A DNA stretch of 63,701 nt, filler included, from Phoronis australis (Eukaryota; Animalia; Phoronida): NCBI GenBank assembly GCA_002633005.1. It is 11 parts of 11 records of this genome, joined end to end, with 100 filler letters (N's around TTAATTAATTAA, not from the genome) between each part and the next. Parts side by side here need not be neighbours in the genome. Positions count along the whole stretch, not along the records: positions 17,363 to 29,822 come from NMRA01000670.1; positions 29,923 to 35,706 come from NMRA01001529.1; 9 more parts are not named here. One strand, 5' to 3'. Shown piece by piece: positions 24,101 to 35,406 of this stretch. Numbering within the stretch: the first letter of the stretch is position 1; every line of letters starts with the position of its first letter. Under the pieces are notes generated by a model. That model did no database searches, was not told where the DNA came from, and saw only the letters and a list, made by a program, of their open reading frames with translations. A program made the translations under genes and the position numbers.

Positions 24101-27100
24101 CCAGAGTGTCAACGCGACTATCTCAGATTTGTGTGGTGGCCAGATGGTAATCTCCACGTGGCTCCTGAAGACTACCGTATGACAGTTCATTTGTTCGGGG
24201 CTTCGTCATCACCGAGCGTCGCCAATTATTCCCTCCGGAAGACGTCTGAGAATTGTGGCTCTGCTGTTGCTACAACTATAATGAGGAACTTTTACGTCGA
24301 TGACAATCTGAAAGCTGTAGCCAATGATGAAGACGCCATTGATTTGGTTAAGAGGTTGTGTTCCGCTTGCGCCAGTNTCATTTGTTCGGGGCTTCGTCAT
24401 CACCGAGCGTCGCCAATTATTCCCTCCGGAAGACGTCTGAGAATTGTGACTCCACTGTTGCTACAACCATAATGAGGAGCTTTTACGTCGATGACTGTCT
24501 GAAAGCTGTAGCCAATGATGAAGACGCCATTGATTTGGTTAAGAGGTTGTGTTCTGCTTGCGCCAGTGGTGGTTTTCGTCTAACGAAGTTCACTAGTAAC
24601 AGTCATGATGTATTGAATTCTATTCCAGCCGAGGAACGCTCCGGAGAGCTGCAGACAATGGATTTGGACAAAAATTGTGATGACTTACCCAACGAGCGAG
24701 CTTTAGGCATCCAGTGGAAGATTTCGTCTGATCTGGTTGGGTTTGCTATATCCGTGAAAGCGAAATCTCTTACTAGAGGATGTCTCTTGTCGACGATTGC
24801 ATCAGTGTATGACCCTCTCGGATTTTTGGCGCCGTTTGTACTTCCGGCCAAGATGATCCTGCAAGACTTGTGCAAACAGAATGAGTTGCAGTGGGACGAC
24901 GACATCCTCACAAGTCTCGGAGGTTGAAGTGGCTGTGCGAATTACCCCGGATGGAAGAAGTTTGCTGTCCCCGCAATTATGTCCCAGAAGATTTTGGTAC
25001 CATAGTTTCACGTCAGTTACATGTATTTTCCGACGCGAGCGCCAGTGGTTATGGATGTTGTGCGTATTTAAGATTTGTTAATGCCAGTAACCATGCACAT
25101 TGCTGTCTCGTTTTAGGGAAAAGCAGAGTGGCTCCTTNCTTACTAGAAGATGTCTCTTGTCGACGATTGCATCAGTGTATGACCCTCTCGGAATTTTGGC
25201 GCCGTTTGTACTTCTGGCCAAGATGATCCTGCAAGACTTGTGCAAACAGAATGAGTTGCAGTGGGACGACGACATCCCAGAACCTCACAAGTCTCGGTGG
25301 TTGAAGTGGCTGTGCGAATTACCCCGGATGGAAGAAGTTTGCTGTCCCCGCAATTACGTCCCAGAAGATTTTGGTACCATAGTTTCACGTCAGTTACATG
25401 TATTTTTTCTGACGCGAGCGCCAGTGGTTATGGATGTTGTGCGTATGTAAGATTTGTGAATGCCAGTAACCATGCACATTGCCGTCTCGTTTTAGGGAAA
25501 AGCAGAGTGGCTCCTTTAAGACGAATGACCATCCCTAAGCTGGAGTTGACCGCAGCTGCTGTGTCACTTCAAATTGGACGAATGGTATGCAAGGAGTTGG
25601 ACCTGCCGCCCAGCAGTGTTACGTACCATACCGATTCTATGGCTGTACTATATTACCTGCATAGTACCAGTGGGCGATTTCCAGTATTTGTTACTAACCG
25701 CATACAGCAAGTACACGACTTCAGCGAACCGTCCCAGTGGAAGTACGTTAACAGTGAGAGTAATCCTGCCGATTGTGCATCTCGTGGACTGGATGCTCAG
25801 AAGTTTCTCACTTTCGACGAATGGTTCATGGGGCCTTCTTTTCTTTGGACACCGGAATGTTCGTTTGTGCAACCAGTCGAGTTTCCTGCTCCTAATGATC
25901 CCTGCAGCGGGGCCGCTGTTCAGTCGAGCACAGTGACTGTGACGGAGTTTTCTGATGGTTTTGCAAAACTGATATCCCACTACTCGAGTTGGACGGCTCT
26001 GAAGAAGGGTGTGGTTGTGTTCCAAAGATTGAAATCGTTGTTGTACCGTCGCATTCTTCAACAAGGTGTCCATGACAACGGCGAGGTTCAGGTATCGTCA
26101 CCCTTTAGTGTTGAAGAAATGGGTCAAGTAGAGGTTTCTATTTTGAAGTTTACCCAGCGTCAGCATTTTCACGACGATTTGGTAAGACTTTCTGATGCTA
26201 GACGCAACAAGAAATCAACGCCACTCATTCGCCTTGATCCATTTATCCAGGATGGCTTGATTTGTGCAGGCGGGCGATTGAGAAAATCTCAACTCAACGA
26301 GGATATGAAACATCCCGTAATTCTGCCCCGTAAGAGCCACGTGACCACTTTGTTGATTCGACACGTCCATGAGCGTTTAAGACACGCTGGCCGAAACCAC
26401 GTTCTGTCTTCGCTGAGGGAGAAGTATTGGGTTGTGTCCGCCAATGCCGCTGTTCGCAGCGTTGTGTGCCGACGTCTTCGTGGTCAGTATTGTCAACAGA
26501 AGATGGCCGACCTGCCAGAGGAGCGTACTGCAGAACAGCCACCGTTTACCTACACTGGCACAGACATATTTGGACCGTTCCACGTGAAAGAGGATCGAAC
26601 TGCTCACAAGCGTTATGGTGTAATGTTTACCTGTCTTTCTAGCCGGGCCATTCATTTGGAGATGGTGAACAACCTCGAGGCCGACAGTGTCATCAATGCC
26701 TTGCGTAGATTTTTGGCTCGTCGTGGTCCTGTGAGAACCATATTTTCTGACAATGGAACAAATTTTGTGGGAGCAGAGAGAGAGTTATGAGCTGCTGTGA
26801 GCGAAATGGACCAAGATAGTATTCAACGCTACTTACTTTCTGAGAGCACAGATTGGTCGTTCAATCCACCGGCTGCAAGTAATTTTGGCGGTGTGTGGGA
26901 GCGTCAGATCAGGACTGTACGCAAGGTTTTATCGTCAACACTCACAGAATGTGACCGTTTGAGCGATGACGTGTGCCGGACACTACTTTGTGAAGCAGAA
27001 GCTATCGTCAACTCACGCCCTTTGACAACGCTGTCTGATGACCCTGGAGATCTCCAACCGCTCACCCCGAACCATATTTTGACAACGAAGAGCAAGATTG

Positions 27101-27447
27101 TTGTCCCCCATCCAGGAAACTTTCAGAGGCCGGACGTTTATATGAGAAAGAGGTGGCGTCGAGTGCAATACTTGGCAAACTTGTTTTGGACCAGGTGGAG
27201 GAAGGAATTTCTAGTCACGCTTCAAACGCGCAACAAGTGGCTAGAACCCAAACGGAATATCGAGGTTAATGATGTTGTCATCATCAAGGACGAGAGTACG
27301 TCGAGAAATAGCTGGCCCATGGGACGAGTCGTGGACGTATTCAAGGATGCCAACGGTCTTGTTCGAAGCTGCTATTTGAAAACTAGTGCGTCAACCCTCC
27401 ATCGCCCGGTCAATAAATTGGTTCTGTTTGTTCCTAATGGCACTTAG
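21112..27447 (+). pseudogene. BEL/Pao gag-pol polyprotein, disrupted by stops and frameshifts
   Basis: Gag FDGNPKAY/LFYLHQFLDG and three Cys/His knuckles (CIHCFQMHDIDDC, CFACFQSGH, CKVCLQRHPTSLH); protease YAFYDNGSSGCFI; RT YLPHHGV, VVFDCAA, ADIETMFYQV, FYVDD; Pao RNase H VYDPLG, LHVFSDAS, KSRVAP, IPKLEL, NPADCASRG; integrase DIFGPF, SDNGTNFVG, GGVWERQIR; C-terminal WRRVQYLANLFWTRWRKEFL. In-frame stops at ~21579, 22398 and 26790. Confidence 0.93.
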
Positions 27448-27556
27448 TGAATATTTACAATCTTGTCAATAATTTGATTATTGTGTTTATTTGTCATGTT
27501 TATCTGCAGTGATGTTTGTTAAAGTGAATCTCGATTTACCTCGTTTCCGGGGAGAG

Positions 27557-28040
27557 TGTTACTGCAGACTGCAACATTATGTTATGTTACGTTATGTAAT
27601 TCCAATTAGGCGTACGAATACACTTGCTTCCCGCCATGTAAGAAGACTTTCTACAGTGTAGTTCTTGCGCCAGATGTCGCTCTCTCTATTTATTTTGGTA
27701 CCGCTCTATTTGAACGCCATTCCACAAACGTTTTATGGTGGATAAACGTCAATGTACATATTTAATTAGTTTCTTCGGAATTTGGTTGGACTTGGGGCGA
27801 TATTGGCGTAAGTACTCATGTTTCTTACAATCCAGTTTATTTGCATTCATTAGTATGTTAGTTTTTCATGTTCTCTCAGGTGTACCTTAACGTTTTGAAC
27901 GCTTGTTATTAATGTATACCTTTTGCCAGTTATCATGTTTCTTGGGTGTTGTCCTCCTAATTGTTACTGTATATACATGGTAGAGCACTATGCAACATGT
28001 AAGCTTGAACATAGTTTTTTTTTTGGTTCTTTCAGTTTAC

Positions 28041-28078
<38 letters not shown>

Positions 28079-28159
28079 GCTATCACGCCTCCTACTACCG
28101 CAACATATTATGTCAATAAAGAGTAAAGCCCCCCCGAACCTGTTTGTTTTGCTCCAACA
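27557..28159 (+). repeat. 3' LTR of the BEL/Pao element
   Basis: Direct repeat of 20375-20975, preceded by a polypurine tract. Confidence 0.95.
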
Positions 28160-29994
28160 CGCATCACATGTAGATTTGTTTGAAAACTGGTGTCTCACTA
28201 ATACCTTAATTGGAACAAGTTGGCCAAATTTTACGAGGTTTCATCAATGAAACTGGGAGATGGAGAGGTGGTTGCCCTTACAGAAATTGGAATGTGCATG
28301 ATAATGCTTACTGTCCAATAGATGTACAGTTGACGCCAAAAATAACACAACACATAAATCTGTGTCATAGCAACTGACCACAGCAAAAATTCCCTATCAC
28401 AACAGCTGGGTGCAAGTGAAATCCACAATCAGAGAGGTTGGAAAGGCACAACATGACATACAGTAATAATTGAAAGAAACTTTATAAAATATTTTTCACG
28501 TGCACTGTAATCATGGCTAATATGCAACACACGGACAAAATAGTGGAAATAAAATACAATCCCAGTCCTTGCCGTCTCGCCTAAAGAACTAAGCGAGCGC
28601 AGTTCTGCAGCTGACGTGGATTCCATGGATGAGAATAGAGCAGGATTGCTAGTCAGACTAGCTGTCTGTCCGTCAGGGAAGTCCACGCCAGGCGGCCCTA
28701 TTTGCAGGAAGTGCAGCTTGTCCAAGTCTGTTGCAGCACAGAGGCGATCCACACCTACGCAGCAGAGGGAAATCAAAATGAGACAAACACACAATACTGC
28801 ACCTATTCTTGGAAGCTGAAGCTGTCGTAAAGTTACCTTTGGTCAAAACGATTACTTTCAATTGAGACTGGTTATCATTACAAAATTAGTCTCAAATTCC
28901 CCTTACCCAGATTAGAAGTGATTTTTATTAGGTTTGGTGAGTTCATTACAGCACGAAAGCATGCTCAATAGCTTAAGTCAACTTTAGCAGGTTATTCAAT
29001 GTATTCAAGTATGGCCACAAACAGCGAAGACCTGTCAGTTCTTTGCAAGCCAAGAAATCGCATCCAATCTAAATGAGAAGCCATCACATTTAATCTAAAT
29101 GAGGAGCCAGCCAAAGTAAGTCTTATTAAGATAAGTGGTCTAAATCAGAGGTCAGGCTTTATGGTGGAAGGCAAGATATCAACCATTAATATTAATGATA
29201 CATTATCTACCATTTACACCATACAATTCATAGAAATTCATAGATTTCTGATAGGAATTCAATGGACATATAAAAATATTTTACATTGAACTATTATGAT
29301 GGACCATAATTGCCTGTGCACAGCATCTGCTGAACATCACTTATCTGAACACAGGGCACCAACAATGGGAGACTTTTATTAGCAACGTGGCGACTGATGA
29401 CATGGGAATTCGGATAGCAGTGGCCTCTGGAGGACGAGGAGGAAATTTATAACTTTTGTAAAAGCACATCCCATCTAACCACAAAAACTATAAAATGGTC
29501 TTTTCACTTAATAAAACTGTTTGCCTATGCAATCCATTGTGACAAAATAACTCCTGATACAGCTAGGTGGCCATATGAGTCACCGGTCCCACCAGAACAG
29601 CCCCCACCGCTTCCTGAGAGACTCCCATAACAAGGGTCAAGCACTGGGAGCATGTGACATAGAAATCAAGGTCTCATACGACAGCCCCTTGTGTTGGTAA
29701 CCATTTTCTGCTATATCAGGCTAGCTAGTCATCATCCGCCACAAATTTATTAAGAGTTCTTTTCTCCAGAGCGAACTTCTCATGAACAGTATGTCCTATC
29801 TCATACACCATCTACAAACTTTNNNNNNNNNNNNNNNNNNNNNNNNNNNNNNNNNNNNNNNNNNNNTTAATTAATTAANNNNNNNNNNNNNNNNNNNNNN
29901 NNNNNNNNNNNNNNNNNNNNNNGACCTGTAGAGAGCGAACAAAAAAAAAAAACTTACTGTCAGAGCAACATACTTGGTGGAAGAATTCCGCCAA

Positions 29995-30135
29995 GTAATA
30001 ATCTGTAGCATTTATGAAAGCGAACACAATAGTCTGTATCATTTATCGAAAAGAACACAATAGTTTGTAACATTTATCAAAAAGAACACAATAGTCTGTA
30101 GCATTTATCAAAGAGAACACAATAGTCTGTAGCAT
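29995..30135. repeat. ~31-bp minisatellite (GAACACAATAGTCTGTAGCATTTATCAAAAA-like), ~4 copies
   Basis: Directly visible tandem units. Confidence 0.8.
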
Positions 30136-30505
30136 AGGATTTTATTCAAGCATCTTCTGATGAGCAGACTGATTTTTTGAAAAATGTTCTTTGTTGTATT
30201 GTTATATTGTTATATTGTATTCAAATTGGCGATTGGTGAATAACGGAGCATGAGCATTAGAAAAATCAAAAATGGGAGCGGGTGTTGTGCTGAACATGAA
30301 CAGTAACTTGGATGAGTATGGTAATTGATTTTGTAAATATTTGCCCCTAGTGATGCAGTATGTGGGCAAGTTTGTCAGTGTTGTAAACCTTGAGTCATGA
30401 CCATACAATTGAGTTAGATAAGAAAGTTGCACAACTTATGTGATGCTTGTATCGTTCAGATTTGTGCTTTTATTTAATTACACTTTACCCCTCATCATTG
30501 TTTAG

Positions 30506-33500
30506 GGTCCAAAAAGGATGTCTGGTTGGCCATTGACCCAGAGACTGGGCGAAAAATAGACACATTAAGTATGGATACCCCAGATAAAATGTGTCCATCA
30601 GTGACTGGACAGACTATCTTCATTGGGCGAACTGAATATGTGGTGGCCATGTTTGACTCGAAGACTAGGACTAAACGTTGGAATGTGACCTTTACTGACT
30701 ACTCCTCCCATGTGGCCAAGGATCTTAAGGATTATGGTGAGTCAGCTAAAAGATCTTAAGGATTATGGTGAGTCAGCTAAAAGATCTTAAGGATTATGGT
30801 GAGTCAGCTAAAGGTTCTGAAGGATTATAGTGAGTCAGCTAAATGTTCTTAAGGATTATGGTGAGTCAGCTAAATGTTCTTAAGGATTATGGTGAGTCAG
30901 CTAAAGGATCTTAAGGATTATGGTGAGTCAGCTAAAGGATTTTAAGGATTATGGTGAGTCAGCTAAAGGTTCTTAAGGATTATGGTGAGTCAGCTAAAGG
31001 TTCTTAAGGATTGTGGTGAGTCACCTAAAGGTTCTTAAGGATTATGGTGAGTCAGCTAGAGGTTCTTTAGGATTATGGTGAGTCACCTAAATGTTCTTAT
31101 GAATTATGGTGAGTCAGCTAAAGGTTCTTAAGGTCACGTTTTTGTAGAGAATGTTCAATTTGTACTGCAGATTATCTTGTTGAGTATCTGATAGTTCTTG
31201 ACAGAATGAATTGCTATGCATTATTTGATTAAAGGTGTCCCGTAAGTATTTTGGCATGAAGTAACATTTAGAGCTCTTGTTCAAGATTTGTTTTGCATAT
31301 TCAGTAACAAAGAGGAATCAAATGTCATCCATTTTGTTGGGATGGTAATCCTACAGTTACAGTTCATCAATTCAGGACACATTATGGTGGACAAGTGAAA
31401 TTAATTTTTTGCTTTTTTATAAATGATATGTAGTGTCAAATTAACGTATAACCATTTCGGTTTCTAAACCACAGCTACTACCAAACAATGTTTTGAAAAA
31501 TTGTAGGCATTCACAACAATATTAGAAGCCTATGAAAATTGAAAAAGGATAATTTTAGCTGTAATTTTTGTTTAAGTTGATGAGATTTTATTGTGCACAC
31601 GAAGAACATTAGCCAGCTAATGTTTTTGAAAATAAATTAATAATGCTATAATATTAATCAGTGATAAACTGTCATATGGAGCGAGGGAGCTGTTCATATT
31701 ATTCAATCTTTCACAACTTGCTTTCATTTTACTTAGCTGTTGGATGAGATGTGATGGTCAGGGTGATTGTCTACGGATTTTTGTTGGTCTCTGTGGATGT
31801 ACTAAACTGTTATTATGAATTCCAGACGTGCGGCACTTCTCATCAAGTTCTGATGGCTACATACTGACTTTAGACAGTCGTTCAGGTGAGTTTCAATTCT
31901 ACGTTACCTCTAACTTCACTAAGAGATGTGCACGTGCATAAACACGTCAGTATCATGTGGATTGTATTGTATCTTTTTCATACAGATCTTCTCCCTCAAC
32001 AGGAATCCAAATCTCTTTGTGCACGTGAAAACTGCGCATCGAAGACAAATAAAAACTTGTCCTTTGTTCAGTTAAAAGGACGTGGCAAGAATCTGTCATC
32101 GAAGATTCTTTTTCGCGAGCTATCTATTCATGAAACAGGTAGCATACCATCAGCAAAAAATAAATACTGGCACTAATTTGCGAAAGTTTATACTATTGTA
32201 AAAACATTTGCGTTATTTTTAAGTAGGAATTATTAAATTAGTCGTAATTGGTGTTTTCAAAGTCAAAATGACCCTATGATAGTGAACACTTCTGCACCCT
32301 TACACCCCCCGAATCTCCCGAAAAATAACTGTTAGACTGTCACGCATCCAGTCACTGGCGACTGGATGACATTGGCCTTACCGAGACAAATTTTCGAATG
32401 TTCTTTAGCGGATGAGATCAACAAGTGCTAAATAAAACACGTTCTGCTTTACTGGTTGTGTTAATTTCCTTAGTGACAATGCACACCTAGATCGTTACAT
32501 CGTGTTTACTCTGGCAAATGAACTCTGATGACACGCATGCGCTCGCTTTCTCACACAATACGCATACGAACTTCAAAACAAACATCACGTGACAACAACA
32601 TGTGTGTTCGTCCAGAGATTTTTCTCGTGTTGTGGAGTACGATCTTGCGCAGATTTGGACTTAATATGGCAGTTAATCTTTACTCCACAGGAATTTAAAA
32701 ATCTTAGGGACGCTATTCTGAAAACTTAAAGAGGACTTCAGGTAATTTGTTGAGTCGAAACTATATTTTCACTCAAGAATTCAAGGTGACCTATCGGCGA
32801 TCGCGAGGCAGCGACGCATCAGTCTGCAAGTTTTTGCAGTGGGTTTTCTGAAAAATGCTCGTAATTTAACTACAAAGTTTGACAGCAATCCACTGCAATT
32901 TTGTAGAAACTCTGTCATTGGTTACAATTCATCACAAATTTGATGAATTCTAGCTTACGATTTCACATGATTCGGAGGCCAGGTTTCAACCACTTTGGGG
33001 TATAATAAGCTCCCCCTTTCCTGAAGTGAATTTTTCTAAGCGCCCTGGGCACTTATTAGGGTGATTATGGTATATATACTGTTACAGAACTCACAGTAAC
33101 TAATGAGTCTATAGAGCTGTTATATACTAAACAGGGTATATGTACTGCAGAACTCACACACAGTAACAAATGTGTCTATTGAGCTGTTGTTTGCTAAACA
33201 TAGTATTGATGATATTTGTGATATTGATGAAACCAATGCTATCTCAGGAGACATCCAATGGATTCAAAACTACAAAGCACCCATTGTGGCCATGTACATG
33301 TTGGAACATGACGGTCTTCATAAAGTGCCATTCAGCAGTGTTGCCCAAGAAACACTACGAAGACTGACCAATCAGCTTCACCAGAGACAAAGACTGATAG
33401 GACACTCATCTAATCAGGAATTTCAGTAAGCCTATTTCAGTTGTTTTATAAATGAAATATTTTCTGCTATATCTTGTTTCAACTTTACAAGTGCGAATTA

Positions 33501-35406
33501 AAATCTCTTGGTCTGTTTACACCGACCACTTGTCTATTTGCGCTGTCACGACGTTTCTGTCGGTCTATTCTCCAGCCATCATCAGGTGTTCCCGCATTCG
33601 TAGAAGAACGCACACGGATGTATGGTACAATAATGGTGTGATTTTTTTGTCCGAGGAAGAATTTGAACCCACGACTTCTGAAAGTACAGATAATTCGAGT
33701 CCAGCGCCTTAACCACTACACCACGGATATGTCACAGAGTGTGGTGTAGTGGGGGTTAAGGCACTGGACTCGAATTATCTGTAGTTTCAGAAGTCGTGGG
33801 TTCAAATCTTGCCTAGGACAAAAAGTCACACCATGAGTGTACCACATATCCGTGCTCGTTCTTCTAAGAACGTGGGAGCACCTGATGATGGCCGGAGAAT
33901 AGACCGACCAAAACGCTGTGACAGTGTAAATTAGACAAGAAGTCAAGTGTAAATATACCAAGAGATTTTAATAATAGTTGTAACATGCCACCACCTCAGA
34001 GCGGTTTTAGAAAGTTATTATATCAATGACGTAAACAATTTTTAGCTTAGGCGAGTTGTTTACAAGTTTTTATAATGCGATAACATCAAATTTAGTTGAG
34101 CCACGGTAAGTTATACTCTTCTTGATTAGTTGACACCTGGGGCCTTTGACGTTACATGTCACCGCAGGTGATCAAAATGTACTTGTCTCTATAGCAATTT
34201 GTACAAAAATGAATGCAGATCATTTTTGTGTTGATACGTTCTGCGTCATTGTTTACCATGTATTTATTCTTACTAGGCCAACTCTGTACATTGGAGAACA
34301 TAACAACACGGTGTATGCTGTCCCGACCTTAGTTGATGACAAAACAGTTACAATTGCAGTGAGTAAATTTTTCAGGCCAAGGGAAATGGCATAATTGGTT
34401 CTGGGCAGTATTCCATGGACCCTAAGATATGAGCTTGTACTTGCCACAGTAAACCTTCACTTACAGGATGGAAACTGTCAATGCAGTCTCACTATTCAAC
34501 ACTCTAACCTAACTGACCAATCATGTGAGCGGTCACCATTTTGCTGGGATAGGCTTATAAGCTCCCAAGCATAGTCACAAAACACTTGCTTTTCACTTGT
34601 GTGATTTTTCGATATCTTGCAAGTTATTGCTTTACTCACAAGAAGCTTGGTCTGCGGAATGCTCTCCTGGGTAGAATTCAATAATGCTAGGACCTATACT
34701 AGGAAGTCTAGCCAAAATCACGTGTTCACTTTTAAAGTACTGCACAGCAATATCTCACGTAATCTCGCGAAGTCTTGCTTTTTAGCGAGGTCCTAGCGTT
34801 ACTGAACTGAACCCAAAAGAAAATAGCATAATGCTTCAAGTCTGTGTTATTTAGAACTTGATGCTACAATTCGGCACTTTTTAGTTTTCTACATTTTCAA
34901 ACAGAATACATCACCAGATGCCAGCTAAAATGGTTCAGGACAGTTCTTTTTTTCCCCCAGCATCACCTCAAGGCTTTTGGTCAGTATTCCTCAGTTTTCC
35001 TCAGGTCACCTAATGCCAGGGGTCACAAATCTTCTTGTTTTTTTTATAAGTGAGGCTTGGGTTTCAAACTAGATCAGGAGCAGACCAGAACAAATTGTAA
35101 TGTTGTTGGCTTGTCTTTGTACCTCTAATGAAATATATTATTTTTATTTTGACTCATTACGTTATTCAGTAGCTGTGGCTGAAAAGTTGTTCATATCATC
35201 AATCTAACTTACGTCTGTTAATTGTGATATGCCACATTTCTTAAATTGTCAATGTTTCGTGTTTCAGCCTAGAGCATTAACTTTACCGCTTCTGGAGGGA
35301 CCGTCGGGCTCTTCAGACCATAAGGATTCCCAGTCGTCAAGGTCGACAAGTACACACACGGCACACGGTAACACTGTTGGAGAGGGAAACAATGTCTTAT
35401 TGTTAG
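30506..35406 (+). CDS. ERN1: IRE1 (ER stress sensor kinase/endoribonuclease), luminal-domain exons; partial gene
   Basis: Five phase-consistent exons at 30506-30736, 31826-31885, 33248-33425, 34277-34358 and 35268-35406 encode KKDVWLAIDPETG..IFIGRTEYVVAMFDSKTRTKRWNVTFTDY, HFSSSSDGYILTLDSRSGDIQWIQNYKAPIVAMY..ETLRRLT, PTLYIGE..VYAVPTLV and PRALTLPLLEGP..LLLG. These are collinear with the IRE1 luminal motifs I recall (GRTEY, RWNAT, WIQNY, PTLYVG, LPLLEGP). Confidence 0.93.
30721..31133 (+). repeat. 31-bp minisatellite (13 copies plus a partial) made of the IRE1 exon end and 5' splice site
   Basis: Unit GATCTTAAGGATTATG|GTGAGTCAGCTAAAA recurs every 31 bp from 30721. The first copy is the true exon/intron junction at 30736/30737. 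Confidence 0.95.
33497..33730 (-). mobile_element. tRNA-derived SINE-like element with a minimal hammerhead ribozyme motif (minus copy)
   Basis: The reverse strand reads GTGGTGTAGTGGTTAAGGCGCTGGACTCGAA...GTGGGTTCAAATTC (A box, anticodon arm, B box), then CAC-CTGATGA-TGGCTGGAGAATAGACCGACA-GAAAC-GTC-GTG (33588-33547). Confidence 0.75.
33731..33972 (+). mobile_element. tRNA-derived SINE-like element with a degenerate hammerhead motif (plus copy)
   Basis: A box TGGTGTAGTGG at 33742, CTGGACTCGAA anticodon-like arm, B box GGTTCAAATC near 33799, CTGATGA at 33882-33888 followed by the GGCCGG/CCGACC stem and AAAAC (GAAAC mutated). Inverted homolog of 33497-33730. Confidence 0.75.

Larger units (their letters stand above)
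20375..28159 (+). mobile_element. Full-length, decayed BEL/Pao LTR retrotransposon
   Basis: LTRs at 20375-20975 and 27557-28159 (TGTT...AACA; about a dozen substitutions plus small indels by eye). Purine tract GGGGAGAG before the 3' LTR. Flanks CTCAT/CGCAT (4/5 TSD match). Internal gag-PR-RT-RH-IN order. Confidence 0.95.

Noticed and set aside
24187-25516. Duplicated RT and RNase H segments inside the BEL pol (around the Ns at 24378 and 25138)
   Set aside because: Both duplications restart exactly at a lone N, the same artefact as at 9078. This is not a novel double-domain element.
20709-28250. Poly-V, poly-Y, poly-T and poly-L ORFs in the LTRs
   Set aside because: Translations of the (CTA)n microsatellite.
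30721-31133. CRISPR-like array (31-bp repeats); likewise the 32-bp repeats at 47350-47472
   Set aside because: The units are head-to-tail with no unique spacers and no cas genes, in eukaryotic intronic context.
33640-33820. Two functional tRNA-Ser(CGA) genes
   Set aside because: The acceptor and anticodon stems do not pair properly, and each head continues into a shared ~150-nt non-tRNA body. These are SINE heads, not tRNA genes.
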